Assembly (NCBI GenBank): GCA_012295275.1
Contig: CM022674.1
Coordinates: 16,244,001 to 16,308,000, forward strand
Reading direction: 5' to 3'
Length of the DNA stretch: 64,000 bases
DNA from: Chrysomallon squamiferum
Lineage: Eukaryota > Animalia > Mollusca
A program made the translations under genes and the position numbers. Under the pieces are notes generated by a model that was not told where the DNA came from, did not search any database, and saw only the letters and a program-made list of their open reading frames with translations. Positions 50,991 to 64,000 of the stretch are shown here, one piece after another; position 1 is the first letter of the stretch, and each line of letters opens with the position of its first letter.

Positions 50991-52528
50991 AATAAATATT
51001 GTAAAAATCCGTCCTCTGCTCTCTGAATGAGCCAAGTCAATACAACTATTTTAGCAATTACTAGTTTACCTTTCAGATACAGAGACTTGTTGTAATGTGT
51101 TAATTCTGTTTAATATTGTTTATTCATTATTTAGCCTGGAAGAGAGAATTCTAAACACCAAGATGTAACATACTGTTATTAATTAATGTGTTTTGATTAA
51201 AGTCTGACATAAAATATTGTTGATATACAACAGAGAAACACACAGACTCTATTCACTGAGAGATTTGTAATGTGTGTGCGTGTGTGTGTATGTGTATGTG
51301 TGTGTGTTAAATGTGAAAGTATTCACTTGAAATTAATCATTATTTTATTTCTTTTGTCAGCATATTTAATTTTTGGTTTCTAGTATATTGTAAATATTTT
51401 AGACTCTAATTAATAATACAGAGACTTGTTGAAATGTGTTAATTCTGTGAAGAAAAAAACAAAAATAGAAATTATTAATTAATAAATTATTTTCATATAT
51501 CTGGAAGATAAATTCTAAACACAAATAAAAGATAAAATGTATACTGTTATTACAACAACCTGCCAATACAGGACACCCATCATAGTTGTCTGTTTAATCT
51601 TTTCCAAAAGGCACTGATTTTATAGTTTAACTTCCCCGACAAACGACGCTTTTCTAGTAAATATCCACCCGTATTTCACCCACATATTAATCAAGGAGGA
51701 AGACGTTCGTCTGGTCTTTCAAAATAAAAATAGATACCTCAGTTACACTGGTATTGATCATGGCAGAACGAAAACCGGTTATGCAAGTTTTTTTTTTTTG
51801 TTACGACGTAAAGTGACGGTTCATGATTCGGTGTGTTAATGTTTTTTTTTTTTTTTTTTTTTTAAATATTTATTGATTTTATTTTTATTTATTTGTTTAA
51901 TATTTTTTCCTATTGTTTTTGACATTTTTGTTGTTTTATTGTTATTATTGTTTATTATTAGTAGTAGTATTATTAGTATTAATACTACTATAATAACAAC
52001 TGCTACATTATTATTAGCATCATCAAGAACATTATCATCATATTTATTACTTAGTTATACATTTTTCTTTCTATTTGTTTGCTTCGCTGTTTTTAAAATT
52101 ATTTATTTATTTATTTATTTATTCCCTATCATTACCTTTCTTAAATTTTATATTAAAAACATTCATAAACAGCTCAGTTTCAAAATGATGTCAAGAGGTT
52201 TATTGTAACGGCTATGAAGAAAACAATTAAAATAGCAAAAACAACTTTACCGTGTGCAAATGGTTGTATACGTATAAACATATGTTTGCACACGCATTTG
52301 TGTCGGTTTGTATGCATGTCAGTATGTATGCGTGTGTTTTAGTGCATCTGTGTTGAAAAAATATCAGACTGTTATTTCACTAGGGTTTGTTTGTTCTGTT
52401 GTTATTTTACTTTTGTTTTTTCAAGATTTTTCCTTATACTGTCACAGCTTATTTGTAACCTTTTTGAAACGATGTTTACTCAGAATTATTTCCTTTTCAA
52501 TGATCATGATGATGATGACGTCGATCGA

Positions 52529-52565
<37 letters not shown>

Positions 52566-52902
52566 CAACATTGTTATCGTCATCATCAACATCATCATTA
52601 TTATTAAAAGCTAAAAACTGAAAACAGAAACAGTTTTCTTTTACAAAATATTATTTTAAGTTTATTTTTCTGTTAGTCTCTGTATTTAAAAATATACACA
52701 TAAGTAAAGCTATAAATGTTATCACAATTACGATATGATAATAAGAGAAATACTGGTATGTTAAATTCACTTATTTTATATTAAGTACATATATGCACAT
52801 TGAACATACTTACATACATACATACATACATACTTTGATAAATCCATACACACATACATATATACATACATACTTTCATACATTCATACACACACACACA
52901 CA

Positions 52903-52964
<62 letters not shown>

Positions 52965-53385
52965 CATACATATACATAATATGATGGACATTAAGAGAGG
53001 TAAAGACAGATACATAATAAAGCGTAAAATAAGGAACGTAAGAATTAAAGTCAGACGTAATCAGTAAACAGATTAGTAGTTAGACACAGTTTGTCTTCTG
53101 GAATCATATCTTTACATTATATATTTAATGAAAAATATTCATCGTAAAATAATAAACAAAACACCAATCAAATACTTGTTAGCTAGTTTTGTTTGATATA
53201 TTCCCATTGGAAAAAAAAAATTCATCTAATAAAATAAAGCAATTAAAAAATAACGTAAAGTCCTCAAACTAATTCAGTAACAGAACGATATGACATCAAA
53301 TAATGTATACATTATCATTTAATGCTTTTAAATGTTTCCATAGCGTTTTCAAAGTTTATATATTTTTAAGTTAAAAACTTCAGTT

Positions 53386-54607
53386 TTATATTTTCAGAAA
53401 ATCTTCAGAAATATTCTTCTCTTGTTTCTTTGGTTTCTTTACCTCAGTGTAAATATCTCCAGAAATGTTTTCTGCGTCTTTCTCTTTAGACTTGTCTGGT
53501 TTCTGAACGAGAGTGTAGACGTCACCAGATGGCGCAGTCTTTGCAGGAAGTTTGTTCTTCTTCTTGGTTTTATCAACCACGGCGTACAGGTCGCTTTGTG
53601 CAGTCACATTTTCTTCGCCTGTTTTCTTATCTGTTTTTCCTTTCTTATTCTTGTTAACCTTAGCGTACATACCAGCGTTGTCGTCGAGACAAGTTTCGCC
53701 CTCTACGTCATCATAATCGTTTCTGTTCCCGTGTTTAGATTTCAGAGCTTTGCTTACGTTATCTTCATTACTTTTAGATTCAATCGTTGTCGCTTCGTCT
53801 TCCACTGTGGCATAATCATCTGAAGGACAGTTAACAGACTTCATGCTGTTTCCCTTATAGTAGAGATCATTTCTAATCAGCTCTACGTCTGTTACGATTT
53901 CTTCGGGTCTTTTGTTTGTTTCGTTGTTCTTGGGGGCTCTGGTATCTGGGTCTTTGTTGTAGTAATCAATCTGAGACTGCTGATTGGTTTTCTCTCCACG
54001 GTTTCTTAAAATTGAATGAATACAATTTCATGTGAAAACGAAGGAAAAAGAGTAATGATTATTGCTTTAAATGTTTAGTAATCAAGTTTTATGTTTTATT
54101 TTTCACAAAAGATTATTATTAACAAAATTATTATAATTTCATTAGCAACATAACTGTTGTTGTTGTTGTTGTTCTTCTTCTTCTTCTTCTTCTTATTATT
54201 ATTATTATTTTTGTCATTGTTATAATAATAATTATTATTATTATTTTTGTCGTTGTTATATTATTATTATTATTGTTATTGTTGTTGTTGTTGTTGTTGT
54301 TGCTATTGTTGTGGCTTATTTACCGATTTATTACATCTACCTTTAGGAATAGAAGCTTATTATTCTGTTTGTTTTAACGGCAAGATAAAATTTAAGAAAA
54401 AGGGCGAATGAACCAGTCTAAATAATTCTATTGCTTACCTTTTAACAAACACGACGATTACGATGGCAACAACTGTAACTAACACGACAGCACCAGCAGC
54501 TCCGCCGACAGCTGCAACTAAACAAAGACATATCAGTGTAATTATGATTATAGTTAACACAATTAATTACAGCTCAAAAATATTAAAAATAATAATAATA
54601 ATAATAA

Positions 54608-54659
<52 letters not shown>

Positions 54660-54710
54660 ACCATTTGTAAAACGTTGTTATTATTATTACTATTATTATT
54701 ATTATAATTA

Positions 54711-54755
<45 letters not shown>

Positions 54756-57371
54756 CATTATTATTAGTATTATTGTTATGATTATTATATTCAGCATGCA
54801 CATATAGGAATAATTATCTTTATCAGTAAACATTAAATTTATTCCTACAAGAAACGAACAGATAGATAAAAAGAGACAAAGATATACAGATACAGAGACA
54901 CACTGATAAACAGATAGACAGATAATAAACAGGCTGACAGACGGATGAATGCAAAGCTGGAAGGATAAATGGATGGACAGAGATAAAGCAGAATCCCTGT
55001 ATTAACCGCAAAATAAAGGAAACTAGAGAAACTGTGTGGTTTATTGATATATATTCAATCATTTTCAAATAACAAAAGTATTAATATTGATATACCTATT
55101 ACAAAAACAAAACGTTTTAAAAAGAAGCTATTTGTATATTCAGAAAGTATTTAACATAATTATGTTTAGCAAACAAAAAACTAAGGAAGAACGTATGGTA
55201 CATGTATTGTTTGGATCGATATTAAGAAAAAATAAAATGTAAACCTGGAAAATCCTGTTTTTCTTTCTCAGCTGCTAATTTACCTCCTACATCGTCCTTC
55301 GTGTGTGTTGTCGCTGATGTAGCTGTTTCTGATGATTGTGCACGGGTTGTCACCGACGTCACTGATTCTGAAGTTGAAACAGTTGATGCTGATGATTCTG
55401 TATCTTTCCTAGATGAGGTTTCTGATTCAGAGGTCAGTGGTATGGTTGTAGCTTGGGTTGTGCTGCCTGTTGGTGAATAGCACTGAATACTTAAACTACC
55501 TAGAAAATTAACGGATACATCTTTATTTTATTATTCATGTACTATGGAATTGACAATATAATAGAAGTTTTAGAATGTACATATATGTATGTATTTATGT
55601 ATACATACACACGTAAATATATACATACATACACACACAAATATATACATACATACACACACATATGCATATGCATACATACATACATACAAGTACAAAT
55701 ATGTATATCATATTTCGATTTTACATAAAATGTGTAAACTTAGATAAATATATATATATGAAATAGAGAAATCGAGATAGGTACAAATACAGAAAGACGA
55801 GCACATACACACAAATATGGTTACACAGACTAATCGGTTCATTATTAATATGTAAAACAAACTGTCGTCTAAAAATAAGTGTATACCTGAACCAGTGTTC
55901 CAGAAATTGATGCAGAAAGTAGATCTCACTGGAGCAGATTCTGCGTTAAGACGTAACAGATATCCTTTACTATCAATAACATGTTTGTATGTTGTTTGAT
56001 TTCCACTGGTTCTACATACAAATGATACAGAAGTTCTTGGCTCTTCTACAGTTAGAGTAGATTTACAGTTTTCTTGAGAATCCTGAACGATGACAAAACC
56101 AATCTGAGTTGCTTGTGTTGAGTGAAGAGAACAGTTACAAGTGATACTCGTGTTTTCTGTTACAAACACGTCAAGATAGAAACCTTGAATATCACTGATT
56201 ACTTCATCTTTACACATATGTATCACTGAAACAATAATAACATTATTATCATCATCACCGTTATCGTTATTATTAATTATGATCATTATCATGATCTTTA
56301 TCATTATTACTAATATTATCAAAATTCGAATTAGTATTATTATTAGTAGTAGTAATAGTAATACTAGTAGTGGTGGTAGTAGTAAAAATGGTAGTAATTA
56401 TAGTAGTAACAACAGTTTCACAATACTACTTTATTAGTAGACGTAGTAGTATTAGTATCAGTATCAGTACTAGTATCAGAAACAATAGTAGTGGTAGTAG
56501 TAGTAGTAATGGTAGTAGTAGTAGTAGCTATAGTTCTAGTAGCAAACACTAGAACTATATAAGTCATACTAGCAATAGTAGTAGTAGAAGTAGTAGTAAT
56601 GGTAAACGTAGAAGTGCCTGCAGTTGTAGTCGTTGTTACTGTTTTTTGTAATTAGTTACAAAGGTTGAGATATTATTACCTATAACACGTGTAGTAGAAA
56701 TAATATTAATACAGCAACAGAACCAGTAAAACGTAATCAGAAACACATTTTGATAACAACTAATATTATATCTAATTATTAGTAGTACGGGTAACTGAAG
56801 TAGATTATATTATACTATATCGATTTTCACACATTCACACACAGAGCGAGAGAGACTAAAATCTTGAACAGATTGTGTTACTTACCTGCTGTGTTTGGTG
56901 TACTTGGACATGCTTTGTTAGCTGAAAAGATAAATTAAATCTACTGATAATAACTGTTATAATCAGGCATAAGCAGCACTGTTTCTATAAACTAAAACTA
57001 AAGTATGTATTGTTACGGTATTATTCATCGTCCAGTGCTCATAATTATACAGAAAGAAAATGAATAAGAAAACTCATCCATGTCCTGTCCATGTCATCAG
57101 AATAATAAACCTAAAATGTAACTGTATTTATTGTGAGCACATTTCATTTTTTTTTCTAAATTATATATATATATATATATTTGAATTTCATGCCTTTCTC
57201 AGATTTATTAATGTTTACTTTCTATAATATACAAATACATTTCAAAGAGATAAGACCTCAGAAACTGAAAATAAGAAATCTTATTTACTAACCTTGTAAG
57301 CTGCGCACAGTGTAAATCACGACAAACATCCAGATCACACACGTGTTTGTAACATGTCTTCTGTATTCCAT
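53386..57371 (-). CDS. Intact type-I membrane protein (468 aa): signal peptide, Cys-rich ~130-aa ectodomain, S/T stalk, TM helix, tyrosine-motif-rich tail
   Basis: Exons 57371-57293, 56921-56886, 56225-55887, 55499-55245, 54517-54439, 54004-53386 total 1407 nt, all GT-AG, phases consistent, no internal stop. TM VAAVGGAAGAVVLVTVVAIVIVVFV then KRNR. Tail motifs DYATV, DYDDV, MYAKV, LYAVV, VYTLV, IYTEV. Confidence 0.88.
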
Positions 57372-57849
57372 TCTTCCGTTTAGAAATATATGTATTAAAG
57401 CAGTAAATAATACTGGGATACAAGGATATTCAAATTAGAGTAGTATAACAGTAAATAGTAAGGGGATACAAGGATATTATGATAAGAGTAGAATGATAAT
57501 AAACCGTACTGGATACAAGGATATTAAGAATAACAGCGTTACAGTTTTGAACGCATCAGTTCACAGTGACACCAACATGTTAACACACATCATAGACTAG
57601 CGTCCATTCAGTTTCCACGTCAATAAACATTAAGCTGTATATATGTATGTTATACTTACTAACGAAGAAATCTTATGCATTTTCATTAAACATAATTATG
57701 AGCATTGAACTATGAATTTCATCGTAAAAATATACATTTTTGTTTTTCTTAAATAAATTCATTTTACAAGGAGTCAACTCTGCAGTGTTTATATATATAA
57801 ATTATAATTATTAATCAAGAAATTATAATTTATAAATATAAACTTTAGT

Positions 57850-58900
57850 TACCTAGACGTCGAACTTGAAAGACTATTTCGACAAACAATGAAACTGAAA
57901 CATTACAAACAAAGATACATTTACTGCAGTTTCCAGTTCGTTAAATACAGAAACTTAAATCGGTATAAAACACCCATAAAATATTCACTTCCTGGTCCAT
58001 ATAAATCCAAATAATGTCAGATTTTCATAAAGAGTTGTCACTTTATAATCCAGTAGTGTTTAAATATTAAATATGAACAATACATTTAGATACACTTTAG
58101 TTTATAAACTGATAAAAAGATATTATACAAATATATTAATGAAAAACTGTATTATATTCACTTTCAAGGCAGTTATAAATCAGATACTTTGATAAAAATA
58201 GGCAATCTTATATCTATTACTTTTCATAATATTCATAAAAAGACTATTTCTTAAAGTCACGTTAAGTAAAAAAAAAAAAAAAGAAAGAAACAACAAAAAA
58301 ACACTCACATTATTGACGAAAATGAACAGTCCCGTCTCAGCTTATATAAATCCAAATATAGAAACAATATTCTCGTCTGCCACTGACACACAGCAGGTCA
58401 ATTTCAGTCTGACATCACCACAAAACGAAGAAAAACAACTATAGAACTTTTAGTTCATGTTCGTCTGCCCTTCGGTCGAGCTCCGAATCAAACAAGGAAG
58501 TAGTTTAGTGTAAAAAATCTGTTTTTACTTCTTGTCACGTTAAAGCTGGTAGATAGGCCGGGTAAAGTTAAATATAGAAAGCAGTTTGACAAGTTTATTA
58601 TTTGCCTTTGAATAAGCGGGGTTTCGACACACATTGCTAAGTTAAAGCTAAGTGGCGTACGGCTCTATCGGCTCATTCATAAACAGACGTTCGTCTGATG
58701 TAAGGTGTCAAGGTCGGAGACTGCGAGAATAATGTACGAAAGCATTTACGAACTGGAGGAACGAGAATCACTTTAAAAATAACAGTTAAAGCGGAAAGCA
58801 AGTATCTTGTGACACAGGAGTGTAGAAATGTGGGTAATACTACTTTCAGTGTTCGTAATGAATGATTGACAAGTTGGGGGCGGGGCGTGAATGGAACGAG
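57850..58900 (-). promoter_or_regulatory. Putative 5'UTR exons/promoter of the membrane receptor
   Basis: Minus-strand donor-like sites at ~57851 and ~58307, ISRE-like gaaactgaaac at 57891-57901, ETS-like caaggaagt at ~58493, GC box ggggcggggc at ~58877. Confidence 0.3.
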
Positions 58901-60199
58901 ACGTAGTAAGAATAAAGAAGGAAAGCTGCTGATAAAGCCACATAAAAACAAATATAAATTTGTTTAGTGTTCACCCAGATTAATTCTTCCATGTAGGGAG
59001 GGAGACTTTTATTTTGTATTATTATTATTATTCTGTTTGTTGATGTTTTTTTTTTTTATTTATTGTTTTTTTTTGTGTTTTTCAGGATATTTTTCGAGTT
59101 GTATTTTTTTTCTTTAGTTTTCTGTACGTTTCTTTTTTTTTTTCTTTTTTTTGTGTGTATGTGTGTGTGTGTGTGTGTGTGTGTCTAGAATGACAGTGTA
59201 TTATTCATGGATAGACGATATGACAGGAAGATATTGAATATCAGAAAGATTTCTCGCTACAAACAACACCAGAAAATATAGAAATTACAATGAAACCTTT
59301 TTTCGAATGAAAGTTCATCTACATGTTATTAAAAATGTGTAAACACTGAGTGAAGCCCAACAACATATTAGTTCCAGAAGCGAGATATCTAAGTGAAGCG
59401 TGCATACAACCCATTATTAAACTGACACCCTGCAGTTTTCATTAACTGCGCAAATACAATTTTCTGTCTATTTATAGATGCCACGAAAGGCGTTTTAGCC
59501 TTCTGTTCCTTTCAAATATTTAATAATCGACAATGAACTGAAGCTTATTATATCCAAACAGGTTTATTTGAATAAGTTATGTTACTGAAACAATGACATT
59601 TATCATATTAATGTTGCTATTTCCCCTGTCTATAAATAGCAAGAACCCTAACTCTGGATGAAATTATCTGCAACGGTTCAGTGTGTAAACCAGTGTATTT
59701 GATGCACTGAATTTGTAGAGACAGAATGTATTCCCTAGCGAAATCCTCCGCTTAAGTATGTTGTGTTTGTGTCTGTTTTTATATGTTTATACCTAGTGTA
59801 TCTGTGTAATTAATGTGTATATAATATTGTTATAATGTTTGAATGTATCTGCGTGTCTTTGTATATTCATTTGTATGTGTACGTGTGTGTGGGCGTGTGT
59901 GTGCGTGTCTGTGTGTGTGTCACGTCAGTTTTTAAATGACACAAAAGACAGAAACGTAAAAGGCAATTTTACTAAACAAGAGACAACTAACAAAACATTT
60001 CTTGAAAATTCCTGATCCACGACAGTTCACAACAATATATGCAACATAACAATACATGACTTGTCAACCCTTAAAGTCTCTTAAATAGCGTTATGAACGT
60101 ACGTGTGTATATATGTATGTATGTATGTGTATGTGTGTGTGTTTTTTTGTGCGTGTGGGTGTGTGTATGGTAAACCTATATATATATATATATATATAT

Positions 60200-61240
60200 G
60201 TGTTAGCCAATATGTGAAAAAAGTCATCTGGTCTAATGCCTGAAATGTTTAGGTTCAGTCTAACTCCCAAGACCGTCAGACATTTGGCCTAATGTCTAAG
60301 ATTTCCAATAAATAGGCCAAACGACTGAAATAGACTTCAAGTCATTAGGCAAAATGATTGCATGAAAAAGAATGACTTACAATTGGATGAAGATATTATT
60401 TCGTAACTCAGATAGTAGTGTTCTATTTATTACAGCAGTTCAAACGTTTGTTCTCGAAACATACATGTTTTGTTTGACAGCTCTTTTTTCCTCTATAGTT
60501 GCATTTCGCAAACCCTTGTCCTCCTGCGTAACTCCTTTGACACTGCTGCTCTAAAAGCATTTTGCATTCTCTTTTCACATTATCCAACAACAGCAGTCTC
60601 TGGGAACACACGTCAAACTGGTTTCTGGAATATTTGGTTTTCAAAAATTCCAGACAGGAATGCTGTGGTAGCCTGTTCATTGTCATCAGTATCTACAATC
60701 ACACCCAGCAGCCTCCTGGGGTCACCACGGCTCCTGTCCACAGCTGGAACAGGCACTGCCACGTTGTCCCTCTCTCCTTCTTCTCCGGCAGAGAACACAA
60801 CGCGACTGCGTTTGATCATCCGCTCGTCTTCCTGAAACTGTTCATCTTCGCCGAACTTTCACTTGGCGCTGACGTCGTCACAGGAACTCTACTTTTTGCG
60901 TCACCTGGTCATTCTCAGAGTGGGACCGCAGCTGGTCAGACCTGGCGTCTTCATCTGTTTGGCGTTTCTTGCTCAGTTTCTGCACGTCTGCGCACTGAAG
61001 AATTTCAAACGTGGACATGAGATAGTAAGTACTCGTGGTGGTTTTTTCCCGTGGTCAACAGAGATCTTCTTTAGCTGGTCCATAATCAAGAAGTATTCTT
61101 CCTTTGGAATGTACACTCTCTTGCATAATACGGCTTCATAAACAATCTCATTTAAAGCGGACTTTTAGACTGAACCCCATGGTGGACAAATAAGATCTGA
61201 ATGCCCCAAAGAACTACTATAATTTTATACCACGGTTAAA
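60200..61240 (-). mobile_element. Second (inverted) copy of the Ginger/KRBA2-like transposon remnant
   Basis: ORFs 60613..60819 and 60423..60686 (KYSRNQFDVCSQRLLLLDNV...GGQGFAKCNYRGKKSCQTK). Terminus tgttagccaatatgtgaa at ~60201. Confidence 0.75.
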
Positions 61241-62635
61241 ATCACAAAGACAAAAATATCCATTCATATTCACTTTTTTTCCATGAACTAGATTTTGTGT
61301 TTATAATGAACCACATATATATATATGTGTGTGTTTGATATATATATATATATATATAGTTGTACATAGTAGTATTAATATAATTTGTATATCATTACAA
61401 ATGCAGTTTTTTAAATTAGTAGTTTACAATTATCCTTTGATTGTTTGTTTCATTTTTATTTATTTATAATCATGTTGACGCATATATATATTGAAATAAA
61501 TAAATAAATAGAAAAATAAAACAGAGACAAATTTAAATAAATAATTCAACAAATAATCAAATGAACACACAAAGAAACAAACTGAAATAAAGAATGAAAA
61601 TGTTTTCCTTTTATTACAGAGATAACACGAATTCTTTTCAAATCTACAGTCAACACTGGTAGAAGTTTCAGGAATTTTTCCTCCACAAAATACATTTTTA
61701 TATCAGCAGTGAGGATCTTTTACAACTATTTTATACAGTACAACACATACTATAATTTTTATATAACGTCAGCACTAACAAACACGAATGTGAAAAAGAC
61801 AAACTCGATAAAGCTGGGATCGATCCTTATAATCTACCGGTATCAGGAGAACGTTTCAAATATCAGTAATAGTTCTCGTTTTTATATTATCATAAATTTA
61901 TCTTTATCCAGAACACGAATTAAAATAAAATAATTCAGCAACATTTGCTTACATAAATTTAAATTTAACAACTCTTTCCAAAGAAAACAATTATAAAACT
62001 AAATTTAACAAGGGTTATAAATTTACATTTAGCAATTGTTTCAAAATTAGTAGTTTATAAATCTATATGAAATAAATTCTAAAATAAATAAACAATTCAG
62101 ATATTTTCTTTTTCTAGTTTTTTTTTTAATGGCATTTTTTTCAGTATTTTCATTCAAAAAATCCTGTAAAGAATAGTGTTTCTCTTTTTTTTTACAGTTT
62201 CATTTCAAAACATAATTTTAGTCACAGTTTTCTGGTTTCAAATAATAAATCTGTTGGAATTTTCATTACAGTTTTAGTTCGAACGTGAAGATGAACACAT
62301 TTCCATTATAATTTTAGTTCAGAAAAGCAGATGGTGGAATTTTCAGTACAGTTTTAATTCAAAACAGAAATAGGTCGAATTGTTATAACAGTTTTCCTTC
62401 AAAAATTGAAGGTGGTCGAATTTCCATTAGACGTATAGTCCAAAACAGGAGATTGTGAAATTGTCATTACATTTTTAGTTCAAAACAGAAGACGGTCATT
62501 TTATTAATTACAGATACAACTTTAGTCAGAAGACAGACAAATTTTCCTAAAACTATTTGCTCAAAACAGAAGATGGTGGAATTTGTATTACCGTTTCAAT
62601 TTATAACAGAAGATGTTCAAATTCTCAATCATGTT

Positions 62636-62901
62636 TTAGTTCAAAACAGAAGATGGACGAATTTTCATAACAGTTTTCTTCAGTGAATAGTAATAGCCTA
62701 TCCATGGCGACCAGTTGATTCCAACACCAAATAAATTATTGATTCCATTGAGGTACAGACCGTTCAGATTCGCCGAATGACAGCTGTTGTACCACCAACC
62801 TCCCTTATAACTCCTAGCACATGAGTTACCATTGTCCTTTGTAGAGAATCTCATACCATTGTGACGAATGCTAGCTGCTACAGTGTTGATCAGGGCATCG
62901 C
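62636..62901 (-). pseudogene. PAN-FReD copy 3: intact last exon only
   Basis: Acceptor cttgtag, then 266 nt encoding [49 protein letters not shown]...KIRPSSVLN*. Upstream homology to copy 2 ends near 63230. Confidence 0.85.
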
Positions 62902-63249
62902 CTACAAGTAAACACCCTATAGAATCACATTCGTGTCAGTCAGTTTTTCAACATATAACAGCAGCAACAACGACTACGACTTTTCTCTAAACGTAATTCT
63001 TAATACCAGCTTAATGTTTCTGTGAGTAAACCGGATTCGTAATAAATAATCCTAAATAAGTATATTGTTGTATTTGCATATATAAGTATAGATACATACT
63101 TACATATATCTATCTATCTATCTATCTATATATATATTGTTTTATATATCTTTATAAATATTTTATTTTATTTTATCTATAATAATGTTTTATCTACCCA
63201 TACAAATATATTGTTCTGTCTATCTGTCTATATGTCCTCCCTCCCCCCT

Positions 63250-64000
<751 letters not shown>

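Larger units (their letters stand above)
59170..63230 (-). repeat. Inverted duplicate of ~34380-38640 (FReD last intron/exon, 3'UTR, transposon remnant, flank)
   Basis: For example, 59184 tctagaatgacagtgtattattcatg is the reverse complement of ~38606-38631, and 61790-61960 matches 35940-36110 inverted. Colinear throughout with scattered substitutions and indels. Confidence 0.92.

Overview
AT-rich, microsatellite-dense eukaryotic genomic DNA with spliceosomal GT-AG introns and two 200-N assembly gaps (2809-3008, 49021-49220). The gene content and repeat style suggest an invertebrate, probably a mollusc and possibly an octopod cephalopod (inference only). The window is a locally duplicated and inverted cluster of innate-immunity-type genes, most carrying disabling lesions. 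(i) Two copies of a ZAP/PARP12/TIPARP-like gene (CCCH-type zinc fingers - about 30x 17-aa Q/K repeat - tandem WWE - mono-ADP-ribosyltransferase); the second copy lacks the catalytic domain and ends in a CaaX box (CAIL). (ii) Four copies or fragments of a secreted PAN/Apple + fibrinogen-domain protein, one lying head-to-head with the PARP gene. (iii) A PAN/Apple + beta-propeller-like pseudogene plus two inverted fragments. (iv) A disrupted single-pass receptor kinase with a putative mannose-6-phosphate-receptor-homology ectodomain and a TKL-type kinase domain. (v) One apparently intact type-I membrane receptor with six repeated Y-x-x-V cytoplasmic motifs. Also present: a telomere-motif satellite, a minisatellite born from the FReD stop-codon region, a Tigger/pogo-type MITE, MULE and Ginger/KRBA2-like transposase remnants. 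All gene models were built by eye from splice signals and reading phase; no database search was run.
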